Assembly: GCA_002269645.1 (NCBI GenBank)
Contig: NIVC01002109.1
Span: forward strand, 78,398 to 142,397
DNA length: 64,000 nucleotides
Direction: 5' to 3'
DNA from: Macrostomum lignano
Lineage: Eukaryota
A program made the position numbers and the translations under genes. The notes under the pieces were generated by a model. The model was not told the DNA's origin. It saw nothing but the letters and a program-made list of their open reading frames with translations, and did not search any database. Of the stretch, positions 1-31,365 are shown piece after piece; the stretch's first letter is position 1; every line of letters begins with the position of its first letter.

Positions 1-54
1 TCCGGAAATTTAGGTTGATCAATAAAACTCAGAAATTTAGCTAGTTATTACATA

Positions 55-340
55 AGAGTGTGTGCATTCAATCGATAAATGGGGTGTCAGTGCATTTAAT
101 CGATAAATTGGGTGTGTGTACATCCAATCGATAAATTGGGTGTGTGTACATCCAATCGATAAATTGGGTGTGTGTACATTCAATCGATAAATGGGTTGTG
201 TGTACATTTAGTCGATAAATGGGGTTTGCGTACATTCAGTCGATAAATGGGGTGTGAGTAAATTCAATCGATAAATGGGGTGTGTGTACATCCAATAAAT
301 AAATGGGGTGTGTGTACATTCAGTCGATAAATTAAGTGTG
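55..340. repeat. ~28-bp minisatellite (aatcgataaatggggtgtgtgtacattc)
   Basis: Direct reading of tandem units. Confidence 0.9.
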
Positions 341-619
341 TTTACGAAGGGTGCGCAAAAAGTTTTGGCAACTGGTCTATAACTTTTTTATTAGACGTTG
401 AATTGTATCAATTTTTTTATCAGGTGACTATATTATCATGATACGCTCGTAAAAGTTTATTTGTGTATTTTCGATAAATAATAAATTGATAAATGAGGAT
501 GTGTGTAGATTCAATCGATACATGGGGGGTGTAGATTAGATCGATAAATGAGGGTGTCTACATTTAATCTAGAGTGTGTACAGTGGGAATGTTAGGAGAT
601 ATATTCAAGTGTCAGAAGA

Positions 620-920
620 GACAGTAAAGTGTCAGGAGAAACAGTAGAATGTCAGGATAGACAGTAGAAAGTCAGGAGAGACAGTAGAATGTCATAAGAG
701 TGGAATGTCAAGAGAGACAGTAGAAAGTCAGGAGAGACAGTAGAATGTCAGGAGAGACAGTAGAATGTCATAAGAGGTAGTGGAATGTCAAGAGAGACAG
801 TAGAAAGTCAGGAGAGACAGTAGAATGTCAGGAGAGGCAGTAGAATGTCAGAAGAGATAGTGGAATGTTAAGAGAGACAGTAGAATGTCAGGAGAGACAG
901 TAGAATGTCAGGAGAGACAC
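620..920. repeat. 20-bp minisatellite (gtagaatgtcaggagagaca)
   Basis: Direct reading. Confidence 0.9.
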
Positions 921-1263
921 TGGGGTGTCAGAGTTCTAAAAAAGCCATACTGTTAAAGCGAATGTATTTAGCACCAGTAAAAGCCCTTGAAAAGAAATCA
1001 AGCGGGCAGTGCAGAGTCGCTAAGATCCCAAGCAGTCCCTATTGGATCGTTGGGAGGAAGGAAAGCGTGGCCGGGAGCAGAAGCCTCTGATTGGTTGGTC
1101 GGGTGATTCAAGAGCACTCTGGAAGGGCTCTGCCATCCACTTCACAAAATTGCTTCCTTCCACAATTCCAATCTGCTATATGGGGCTGCTAGGAATTTCT
1201 TACTCGTAGAAATCCGTTAGCCGCAAGTTTAAAAACCCGGTCGAATTCGAATCTTATATCGAC

Positions 1264-19977
<18,714 letters not shown>

Positions 19978-19979
19978 GG

Positions 19980-20484
19980 ATCCCGGTGCAAACAATACCT
20001 AGGCCAAGAAGCGTCCCGGAGTCACTTGCGTCGCCTCAAAGTCTTTTCAGACGCGTTGCAGATTGCATATGTCAAATAGGAAAGAAGTGATTCTAAACGA
20101 CGATATGTCACGGTACAAGTCGCCAAAAAGTCGTCAAAGTGTCGCTCCAGAATTAATTTGAAGCGTTTTATTGTCTGCGACTCTGATACGATTCTGGCGC
20201 GACTCCAGTGACTCTCCGGGGCGACGGTATAACAATTCTGGGGCCGTAAAGGCGTATTTGAGGCGTCCCCAGAGTCGCATTAGAGTCACTGAGTTGTGTT
20301 TGAAGTGCATTTGCGTCGCTTGATAAATTAGAGTCACATTTAGAATCACGTGACGCGATTTTGTGATTCAACAGTCGCCTCTCCGTCGCATTTTATGCGT
20401 TTGAGTTGTTAAAAAGTCACATTAAGAGTGCCCTTAACATGACTCTTTAGCGATTCTTGTCACTGTATGGTTTTCAACGGGGAT
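19980..20484. mobile_element. MITE-like element immediately after the GPCR stop codon
   Basis: Imperfect terminal inverted repeats, atcccggtgcaaacaatac vs reverse complement atccccgttgaaaaccatac. The interior is rich in gtcgc/gcgac motifs. AT may be a TSD. Confidence 0.5.
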
Positions 20485-23400
20485 GGAACAAAAACTGATA
20501 AAATCCTATAAATATATCTGCACATATCCGTAACTCGGCAACGATAGAGCCAAATCTATCAGCAAAATATTTTGTTTTGTTGGATATAATTAAATTTAAG
20601 TCACGCTAGCAATCGACCTAGCTGTAGTGTTTAAAGTTTGTTTTCGATGTTAGGTCGATATTTGACAACAACAAAAATTATTAATCACAGATAACATATT
20701 AACGCCATATTTTTATGTATGCAATGTTTTATTTATTTTAACTCTAACTCTATTATAAATCCCTATAAATTTCTAACGAATATGATTAATTCGATTTTAA
20801 AAAGTTATTCTGATCTCGGCCGTATGTTTTATTTTCATCATTTCGTAAATATCCCTAAAGTACAACAACGATTTGTAATTTGCATTTCATTGTAACAATT
20901 AATTTGGCCTGAAATTAGAATGCGTTCATATTAAATATAAATTTGCGTGTTGCTACCTGTATATCAGCCGGTTCGCATTACCGCTGGTACGTGTACGTGT
21001 GTACATGTAGCTCCATGCTGGGTCAAAGATTGCTCGAATGAATGTTAGTTTTATATGGTTCCTCAGACCTTTAAAAGTGATTTGAGACCTTCTCTTAATT
21101 TTCCCCGCGGAGCTACTACAGCTATAACGTGATTAAGCGGCTTTAAAGTAAATACTGTTTGAAAAATCTGCTTATAAGTAGTAACGAACGCGCGTCTGCT
21201 GCTTCAATTCTAATTTTTTGGAATTATTTTTTCGTGAACTAGATTCTTTATGTGTAACATTTTAACATGCAATTCCTCTCTTTATTGACTAAAACATACC
21301 ACTATCGCATTATGTAAATTTAGTAAAAGTGTACAAACGTATTATCAAGTCTACGTACGGTGTACCAAGCATGCATTGTACATGTGCGTACATGCAGTAG
21401 TGCAAGGACCACACTGTAGCTATATACATGCACAGTGGTCTTTATATTGCAGTAGTGTACAGTGTACAACGTATAAACGTACTGGTGTCGCAAGCGAACG
21501 TACATGTAAAATATCACTTTTTTGTCCATAACGTGCGTAATACACTATTTGAAAGCAACAATCATAAAATAAACTACAAATATACGTACCCTGAAGATAG
21601 ACCGTGGCGCTTCTTCAATTACATACATCAATGGATAAAAACCTAATTCTTATATGTACTTGTTTTTTATATAAGTACAGTGTAACCGAACCGATATTTG
21701 ACTTTAAGTTATTTTTTGCTATATACTACATTGTTCACAGACACACAGACACACAGACAGACAGACAGAGTTTTGATTTTTATATGTATAGATATATACC
21801 TTTTGACTATTTTATTTCGTATGTTTGTATCTCTTGATGCAGAATCACTTAATTCAGGACACGTGCTTTTTATACAAAGAAACAAAATTTGTTTGATATA
21901 CTTCATTTCACGCTAAAACTGAAGTCATTTTTAAGACTTTTTGTTTTAATTTAATAAAATGTGCCGTATTTTCCTAGAAACCATCAGCTTCTCAGAAATT
22001 TATCTGCTGCTTTTAATGTATCGTGAAGGCAGATGGCAGTTAGCTCGGGTTGCACGTTTAAATCGAAAGTCAAATATCAAACTATTAGTTAAAATAATAA
22101 AAATAGTTGCAAAGCTTAACTAAATGCTATATTAGCTAATGAGCCAGACAGCCAGCAACCTTAGGATTCTAATTGCAGTACTAGTATTCATATTGTATTG
22201 TTAATTGTTAAATTGTATCTAAGTTATAAGTTATATCCTAAAAATATTTAATACTCAATTAGGTTTTTAAATGTTTTGTAAATCTATTGAAAGTATTAAG
22301 CATTGCATTAGCCAAGCTATATAGCTTTCAATAATCAGTAAGTGCCTAGGCCTAACCTATAGAGATCTATAGTCTAGAGTAATAGAGTATAGACTAGACT
22401 GTAGACAGATAGGCTTAATAAAATAGGTTTATATTTTTGTAGTTTAGTAAATAGGCCCCGCTTAGTAGATTTTACTGCTGAATTTCTGGCTGTTTGAGGT
22501 TGGTTGTATGAAATGTTTTACTAGGGTAGGCCTAAGCTTCAATCAATAGTGCGCAGTCATTTCATCTGCCACCTTTTTGTCTGCCAGCAGACAAAACAAC
22601 TTTTAAAAAATGAAAAGTAAAATATAGCTATGTAAATTTTAAAGCTCTTTTATTATAAGATATTGCAAGTCACACAAAAAGTTATTTTAGGATGTTTTTT
22701 TATATATGTAATATTGTTTAACAGTTTAACACAACATTTCAAAGAAATATTGTATTTAATTTAAACATCTGAGGTGGGGGCAGAGGAAGTTTTCTTTCTT
22801 GGAATAGGGTGTTTTGAAAATTTGTTGACACCAGTGAGGACATGAGGTGGGGTGGATGCCATGTTTGAATTTCCGCCAGCATTGCGTTCGCACAATTAAA
22901 GCTAGAAATCGCGCAGACAAATCAAAACAAATTTTTTTCCTCCTGTTTTACTCCAACAGCCAGGTTCTCAAGTCCGGGGGGAGGGTAGTTGTAATTGTAG
23001 TCAAGCGGTCGTAAGCGGCATAGTCATTTAGACTTTAGACTCAATGGTCTAGACACCGTAAATCTGTTTTCTGAGTTGCTGAATTGATTATTTTCAGTAG
23101 AGTAGTGCTGCCACTACCATAATTGCGTATTACGGAACATTGAAATCTCAGAGCTCCTTCAAAGATGAGATTAATTTGGTTGTTCAATGCCCCACAGGCA
23201 AATGACTCAAGATAAACTATTAAAGGCTTCAATTAACAAACAAACTGTTATTAATGTCAATTGTTACTATTATTATTATTAGCAGGCAGTATCAAATGAT
23301 TAAATTAGACTATTATTAAACAAAAATGATTGCGGTAGGTGCTAGGTGCCAATCAACCAAACCTAAAACCAAAAGAAAACAAAGCCAACAAAGAAAAAGA

Positions 23401-25986
23401 AAAGAAACGGAATGAAAAGACACGGAAAGAAAGACACGGAACAAAAGGGGGGAGGGAACAAAGGGAAGATAAACAACTAGCAGCCCAAATTGGCCTTATA
23501 AATAATGAAAGTGTCGTCTAGACAGGGATGGGGCAACAGATGTGGCGGCAAGGTAGGGGATGGGGCAGAAGATGGGGCAACAGACAACATTGAAACATAA
23601 ATGGGAAATAACAAAAAAACAACTTCGTCAAAAGATGGGGCGAGGGATGGGGCAAGGGGCGGCGCACTGGGTGACAAAAAGGAGTCATAGCAAAATTTTA
23701 CCACCTGACAAAATCTTGCTCAGACAGTGGTAGATTGCCTAACCACACATCTATTAAAAAAAGTTTTCTGATAGTCAATTAGAGTTGTTAGTGAATCAGA
23801 AGGTAGAGTAGTTTGCAGTTAAATATGATTGTGAGCATTGTTATGATCCCTAGCCCTATCACAATCTAATGATGATAACGCATTTGCTGTCTTGTTGCAA
23901 AATTTATTTAAACTTAACTTCAAATTATATATACATATATAAATCAAGTCAACCTTTGGTGTGTAACAGGGCTTTTACCTCCTACTTTATCAATTTTAAT
24001 CCTACTAAATGCCACCAAGTTGTATAGGTGTTGTTCCTGTCTGCTAACTAAAGTTTATCCTAATTGCACTTCTATTTTCACTCTTTAAATGTTTCTTAGA
24101 ATTTCATTTGAATATACTGGTAGCATTTTATGTATTAGTCTGGTAGCATTTTATGTTTTAGTCTGGTAGCGTCTTTTGTATTAGTCTAGTAGCATCTTAT
24201 ATATTGCCTGAGCAGTTTAATACTGGTACATGAACTTATTAGATTGTCCTAGTTGGGCATTCACTGGGATTAGAGGGTCACAGCGCAACTCTTTGAATTT
24301 CCTTTGTATATCTCCCAATCCCTTCTCTTAGCAATTTTCTGAGCACTGTAACTCTTCCCTCTTTCCTTAAAATGACTAGGGCCTAACTCAATAAGGTTTC
24401 AAAGTTTATCTGAGAATATAGAATGAATGAGCTAAGAGCAAGCAGCAAGTTAGCGAGTTTAGCAAGTTGGGTTTATTTGGGCAAAAATTGGCTCATATAT
24501 ATACTGTCTAGATGGCTACATTTATAACAAAAATAATTACGGATAATATTTTGTGTAGTAAAACAAAAGCTAAAATTAGTTTCTAGCATGCACGCAAATT
24601 TAACATGTTTATTAATCGGCTATTTTACATGCACAAATTGTAATGGTAATTATAAGCATTTTATTAGGCACAAAGAATAGTAAAAGTAGTTAACACAAGT
24701 ATACACTAGCACAGGTGGGTCTTAAAATAATATTTTTAGATACACTTGTACTTTAAAAAATGAGTTTGTTATCTTTACTTTTAAGTTTTTTTAAGATGTA
24801 CAATCTAGATTTCCATGATTAGACTGACGTTGTATTCAATATTTTTTGGCAAACAAAATGACTGCATCATATTTTTGTAGACAAAAGAGTGGCAGAAAAA
24901 CTGGCAATAGACAAAACAACCATCAACCGAGGCTGAGGCTACTATAACAATATGCTACTAATTAGATTGGCCAGTCATTATTTGCAGAGTACTATGTAAG
25001 TATTGCTGATGTTATTTATATCGTAACTAAAAATAAAATAGTATAATTAGTTATCCTATCAAGGACTATTTATATAGGTTAAGGACCCTATATCTTTTAT
25101 TTTCATAAAACATAATAACTTTTAGCAAACTAAAGTGGTAAATAAAGTTGAGCCATGATTTAGGCCCTATGTTTATTAGCTTAGCATTTTTATCAGCTTG
25201 TACTTGTAGTATTTGTACTATTAATAATGCAAAGTATGGAGGTTGTTTCGGAAGAAACAAATAACAATACAACTTATTTACCTTTAAAAGGATATATTTT
25301 TGGTAAAATATAATTGGACCATCAGGGTCCAGATGATTAAGTAGTGTACGGTTGAACAAGAATCCTATTTTAGCTAAATGTATGCCAGTATATGCCAAAA
25401 ACAAAAAATTTCCCTAAAATGTATGTCAAAATTTCTCCTAAAAAAGATCATTAAATTTTCATGGAGTAGAGTTTTCTAAAAAAAGCTTTTGTTTGAAAAG
25501 TATTTTTTAAATATTACAAATATTTTCATTTTTTAAAACCTAAATTATACATATAAAAATAATATTAATATAAAATTTACACTTTTAGCAATAACTTTTA
25601 CTAATTTTATTTATTGTTGAATTTACAGAAGCAAAAAGTAAATCCTGTCTTTATAGACTATATGAATTTTCCTGTTTTTTATGTAAAAGCATTAATTTCA
25701 AACTAAGCCATAATAGGCCAAATTTTTAACATGGGTTATGATTGAAAACAGATAAGAATTTTTTTTTCTGGATTTTAAATTAAAATACATACATGCCAAT
25801 TATAATGAAAATAATCAGTATATTACATACAGTATAACCAAATGGAGAGTGTATAAGATATGCCCCGATATTTTCTAGTGATGGACCAAATATAGATTTT
25901 TGCAAAGTTTCCAAAACCAAATACAAATGTACAAAAAAATTGAATCCAAATGTCCAAATGTGTTTCTAAATGTAAAAAAGTGAAAA

Positions 25987-26643
25987 GGTAAATGGCGGGA
26001 GTAACTATGACACCTTTCAGTAGAGGGCGACTGGGATGGCCAAAGTCAGGCCTGGGAATAAGGACTCGGGCCTGGGTCAGGCCTCACGAATTTGGGACAA
26101 GATCTTTAGGACAACTCAATAATTAGAAAAAAATCGTCAAATATTAAATAAAATAAAATAAATAAATATGTATTTATAAATTTATAAATAAATATTTATT
26201 TATATATTTTATATTTTATTATAAAACAAATTAAGAAAGAATAAATTAAAATATATTATAAAATTAATAAATTTTATTATTTAAATAAATTAATTATAAA
26301 TATATAAATAAATTTAATTAATAGATTAAATACAATAAAATTAAATATATAATAAATATATAATAAATATTATTATTATTTATTACATTAGTTAGGACTT
26401 AAGAATAGACAAGAGTTACATTACAAGACCTAATACTCAAATATTTGCATGCAGTTAGTGCCTTTAGGGAAAAAAGACTTGTCCCGATTTCCCGACTTTT
26501 TTAGGGTTGGGCCTGGGCCCAGGTTGGGCCTGGGCCCAGGTTGGGCCACGATTTTGGTCGATATTCCTGACTTTTTGAGCCCGGGCCTGGGCTAGGTCGC
26601 CCCCTACCTTTCAATGACAAAAATGCCTCATCATCTAATTAGT
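25987..26643 (+). other. Orphan 28S rRNA helix-69-region fragment (about 63 nt) split by a hAT MITE
   Basis: 25987-26011 GGTAAATGGCGGGAGTAACTATGAC matches the conserved 28S sequence at 24/25. 26621-26643 AAATGCCTCATCATCTAATTAGT matches at 22/23. Removing the MITE restores the correct 15-nt spacing. The 28S sequence is recalled, not searched. Confidence 0.8.
26021..26606. mobile_element. hAT-type MITE
   Basis: 11-bp TIR TAGAGGGCGAC / reverse complement TAGGGGGCGAC. 8-bp TSD CCTTTCAG (26013-26020) / CCTTTCAA (26607-26614). Subterminal gggcctggg repeats and an AT-rich core. Confidence 0.85.
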
Positions 26644-27510
26644 AATCATATTAGTGTTGTACATTAATTTATTGACAAGATTCAATCTATCTTGGGCTTA
26701 TATTATATCTATCTAGTATCTGAATTAAACTGAACTTGGACTTGGAATTGGACTTAGTTCTTATATATCTAATCTAACTAATTCCAATTACTAATAGGCT
26801 ACTAACTGACATTATGTTTGTGCGATTTGATAACTTTACCATGCTACTGCACATAAAGTCCATTGCATTTGCATTTTGAAAAAAGCAAAGTAATGATTAC
26901 ACTTAAGCAATCTAATAAACAATCTAATCTTCTATCTATCTTCTAATCTTCTATTCTAATCTTCTAATCTTCTTCTTCTAATCTAAGTATACTAAATCTC
27001 TAAAGTTTGTATGCTTGTCTATAATGCACTAGAGATTGCAATTCTTCACCAATTTCGATTGCATTTTTGCTAAAAGATATGTAATCAGCCCAGGATTGTA
27101 TAGTTAAAATCTTTTTAATCTGCTTCAATGCTAAAGGGATTAAATATTCAAAAAAACTGTTTTAAATGGGCTTTAAATGGGTTGAATATTGGCTAATATT
27201 GCAGATCACTTCAATAATATACTTACAAGTTAGATATTCACTCCAATTTCTAACCATTTGCTTTCACAATCACTTTGACACAAAATTTATTATTAAGTAT
27301 ATTTCAAGTGTCATTAAGCCTAATAAAATTATTTTTAAGTAGAGAATTTATAGTATATATGTTAATTGTAATTCAAAAAACATTTTTGCTAATTTGGTCA
27401 CTTTTAAAATTTATTTGTATACTAAATTTAGCCATTTTAAAATTTATATTACAAAAAGTATTATCATCATATACTGTAAAGCTCAACCACATTGCTATTT
27501 ACTGACAATA

Positions 27511-27801
27511 TACATGCGCAACCTCCAAAATTTGGTCAGCGATGCAACTTAGTTTTAACAAAAAATGTGATATCGTTTTTGGCCAAAAATGCAACTAACA
27601 TGTAAAAGAAACCCTAAAGCAAAATTAATGCAACTTTTGGTAAATGACAAGAGTTATGACTGTCTTATTAAGGCAAAATGCCTCATTATCTACTTAGTAC
27701 TACTTGGGTATTTACTTGGGTGGGCATTTTCGCAACTTACCTTGGTTGGCCACCAAATTAGTCGACTGGATTGGCCGACTTGGCTGACTATTGCGCATGT
27801 A
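27511..27801. mobile_element. TA-flanked MITE-like element containing a second degenerate 28S-like segment (27639-27698)
   Basis: Perfect inverted ends TACATGCGCAA / TTGCGCATGTA. Internal GGTAAATGACAAGAGTTATGAC-15nt-AAATGCCTCATTATCTACTTAGT. Confidence 0.6.
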
Positions 27802-27994
27802 TGACTGATATAAAAAATAATATAGCAAACAATTGTATTGACTTTTAAAAAGAGCCAAAGCTTTTGTATTACTTAAAAGATATTCATTATTACATGAAAT
27901 CTAGCATTCCTTTCAAGTCTAATTTATTTCAATGCTATATCTATATGGCTCGATGGATAAATGCTCTTTGATAAATTGTTTAAACAAACTCAAA

Positions 27995-29416
27995 TCCTAT
28001 ATACTAAAAATGAGTTGTCTGTATGTGGGTAGGTATGCGATAGATTTCAGAAAAAATGGCTCAACCGATTTTCTTCAAACTTGCACCATTTGATCAGAAA
28101 TTTTCCTGGGACGGTATATGCATCTTGGCTAAAAAATTGCTCAATTTTAAAGGGATTAAATATTCGAAAAACCTGCTTTTTTGCAAAGGTCAAGCAGCTC
28201 TTTCGACCTAAAATTCATTGTAAGAATGCTAGAGAAAAAACTGACTGGCTGAATTCCGATTGTGATAAAGATTGCATCACAACAAGTTGAAAACAGTGCC
28301 GAAGAAATGCACACACGACTTGATTTAAATTGCGTAACCAATATTGCTAACTTAAATTGAGACTGATACTGGCTGACTGAGAAATTGATTATGTCATTAC
28401 TTTTTACTTCAATTGACTTGCTGTAAGAATTGAATTATAAGGGCCACAATTCACGTTCTCCAATTGAAAAGAGATAGCCAAGATGCGAACAGACTGGAAT
28501 GCTAATGTAGCGACCTGGGTTCGAATCTTAGTAGTGCAAAAAGATTTTTTTATCAAAACACCTTAAAAACACAACAAAACTGCTAAACATAATAGAAGCG
28601 CAATGTCAAACATAGAAGAGCCACCATGTCGAACATTAAAAAGCCAACATTTCGAATATAAAAGAGTTACCATGTCAAACATAAAATAAGCACTATGTCA
28701 AACATATATGTGACTCCATGTCAACGATTAAAAAGCCACCATTTCAAACATAGAAGAGCCACTATGTCAAACCTAAACAAGCCACCACGTCTAACATTTA
28801 AGAGCCACCATGTCAAACATTTAAGAGCCATTATGTCAAACATTAAAGAGCCACCTTTTTAAACAAAAAAGAGACCCCATTTCAAACATAAAAGAAGTGT
28901 CATGCCAAACAAAATGGAACCATTATAAAGCTAAGGAAATTGTTGCACTAGCTACTTGTTCTCTGGTGGATGCTTGCTTTTTAAGGATGGATACTTGCTT
29001 ACAGGGGGATGCTTGCTCTTGTGGGTGGAGGGTACTTGCTATCTGAGAGGGGGTTGCTAGATATCTATAAGGTATCTTTGTATCCAGGTTATGCTTGCTA
29101 TCAGGGGTTGCTTGCTGTCTGGGGGATGCTTGCAATCTGGGGGATGCTTGCTATCTGGGGATGCTTGCTATCTGGGGTTGCTTGCTATCGGGGGGATGCT
29201 TGCTACCTGGGGGATGCTTGCAGTCTGGGGGATGCTTGCTATTTGGGGATCGATGCTTGAATGCTGTCTGAGGATGCTTGCTGTCTTGGGATGTTTTGTT
29301 TTTAGAGGGAATGTCTGTTGTTGTTTTTTGAAGGTTTTATTTCGCTGTCTATTTGTTATTTGTAAAGAACAAGGATTCTATCCAGATGTCCCCCATCGGG
29401 GGGCGAAGATTGCTAG
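27995..29416 (+). mobile_element. Non-autonomous Helitron-like element with internal ~21-bp (28610-28920) and ~18-bp (28960-29285) tandem repeats
   Basis: 5' end A|TCCTATATACTAAAAATGAG; 3' end has a C/G hairpin (cccccatcggggg) then CTAG|T at 29413-29417. The A|T insertion rule is met. Confidence 0.5.
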
Positions 29417-30054
29417 TAGTCTCTACTAAATTCTAAAACAATTTTTTTAACAACTTACTTTATTTTTCTTTAGGTACCAATAATTGATTATCTAGTTTAT
29501 CAAGTAGATAAAATAATGGGGCCATATAGATGTTTATACTAGCATAAATATGAGAATAAAATAGGAGTCTGTGTCTGGCTTACCATAGAGGATGCTATAC
29601 GCTCGTACTTAGATATCAAACTTGCTGATCTCTTGAGATGGAACTGCATCTTAATGCATTGACAGACTGCTGATTTAGTTCTTTGTAACTGTGGTGAACA
29701 TTTTTCTACACAAAATTTCGAGCTAGGGTTCTGTGACTCACAGTGAGTCTACTACCTCAGGTTTGGAAAGTGTTCGAGCACAATGTAGCAAATAGCATCA
29801 AAAAGCTTTGCATGCTGCTGCTTTGACAAGTCAAAAACTGTGTGAAGGGTTGTATTTTGGAAATAATTCCCTCAAATCACCTTGCAAGCATCGAATGCCT
29901 GAAGGCTCCACCAATCCACTATGACTTGCATTTCATAGAAAAACTGATATGGAATTCGCAGCCCTGCCATTATCGTGTGATGCAGCTTGCAGCTCATGGC
30001 AGTGGTTGCAATTGTCTGAAGTACAATAGACGTGGCACTCCTTCCTGCCACATA

Positions 30055-31365
30055 CGAGGGTCACTCAGAAAGTTCTTAGCTTGAACACGAAAACAGCAAC
30101 AAATGAACTAAAAAAAGACTACAAGTGCTCAAAATACTCTCCACCGGCATTGATACAGGCTTGCATCCTGTGAAACCAGCTGTCGAAGCACTGCCGCCAA
30201 TCCTCATCCCGGAGCTCCTCGATGATGTTTTTAAACTCATTCACAGCTTCTTCCGGTGAAGAAAAGACCTGGCCCTTCAGAATCTCCTTGCACTTCGGAA
30301 ACAGAAAAAAGTCGCACGGTGCCAGGTCTGGACTGTAAGCAGGGTGAGTCATCAGCTGGACCCCACAGTCAGCCAGAAACTCCAGAGTTTGAGCCGCCGT
30401 GTGCGCGCTGGCGTTGTCGTGGTGCAGAAGCACCCCACGCATTCCGCACCTTGGGCGCCTCTGGCTCACAGCAGAAAAGACCTTGGGCAGGCAAACCGTT
30501 GTGTACCAGTCAGCGGTGACTGTCTGGCGATCTTCAAGTGAAACGGAAGCCACATGCCCAGTGCGCATGAAGAAACAGGCCACCATCTGCTTGCCGACAC
30601 TCCGGCTGCGTCGAAACTTGGTGGGGCTGTCCTCGTCTCCAAAGGTCCACATGGCTGACTGGCGCTTGCTTTCGGGGTCGTATTGATAAATCCAGGTCTC
30701 ATCGCCCGTGAGGATGTCCCAGATACGCCGGCTGGTCCCGGATTCGAATTTCTGCAGCATGAATCGGCACCAAGCCACCCTGGTGTCCTTCTGCACGTCA
30801 GACAGCTGATGGGGGATCCACCTGGAAGCCAGCTTCCGCACTCCAAGGTGTTCGTGCAGAATGGCGTGCACACTCCCCGATCCAATACCGATCTCCTGCT
30901 GGATCTGCTGGTAGGTCACTCGCCGGTCAGCGGCAATCATGCTGGACACAGCGCAGATATTTTCTGGAGTCACTGCGTCACAGGGTCTCCCGGATCGATG
31001 TTCATCTTCGAGGCTTTCTCGACCTCGGCGAAACTCAGCGAACCAGTTTTTGACGGTTGCGTATGAAGGACATACATGGGTGAAAACGTTCTGTAAAGTT
31101 TGATACGATTCGGCCGGCGACTTGCCTTGCTTGAAGTGCAGGTACATCATTGCTCTGAAGTCGCGATTTTCCAGCTTCATTGTTGAATTGAAGAACTCAG
31201 GGGGGTGAACTGACTTTAACTCGCTGCAGTGGACTCAAAAGTGGCTGCTTCTGTTTGAAATTTTTGCTGCGATACTTTTAAAAGTTGGTCTTTACCATAG
31301 ACAAATTTCATGCTTCTACGTCTCGTGGATCCTACTCAGGCTAAAGACTTTCTGAGTGACCCTCA
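30055..31365 (-). mobile_element. mariner (DD34D) transposon, 1311 bp
   Basis: About 30-bp TIRs, cgagggtcactcagaaagttcttagcttga vs reverse complement tgagggtcactcagaaagtctttagcctga. TA at 30053-30054; the right terminus has lost the final G and TA. Confidence 0.95.
30119..31180 (-). CDS. Intact mariner transposase, 353 aa
   Basis: N-terminal HTH, WIPHQL, TGDETW, LHHDNA and YSPDLAPCDF motifs; no stops or frameshifts. Confidence 0.95.
   Translation of the reverse strand: MKLENRDFRAMMYLHFKQGKSPAESYQTLQNVFTHVCPSYATVKNWFAEFRRGRESLEDEHRSGRPCDAVTPENICAVSSMIAADRRVTYQQIQQEIGIGSGSVHAILHEHLGVRKLASRWIPHQLSDVQKDTRVAWCRFMLQKFESGTSRRIWDILTGDETWIYQYDPESKRQSAMWTFGDEDSPTKFRRSRSVGKQMVACFFMRTGHVASVSLEDRQTVTADWYTTVCLPKVFSAVSQRRPRCGMRGVLLHHDNASAHTAAQTLEFLADCGVQLMTHPAYSPDLAPCDFFLFPKCKEILKGQVFSSPEEAVNEFKNIIEELRDEDWRQCFDSWFHRMQACINAGGEYFEHL

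Noticed and set aside
25987-26643. Functional rRNA gene
   Set aside because: Only about 63 nt match, the core is mutated and interrupted, and no flanking rDNA is present.
28470-28540. tRNA gene
   Set aside because: Only a B-box-like ggttcgaatc is present, with no convincing cloverleaf; it is likely a SINE-head remnant.
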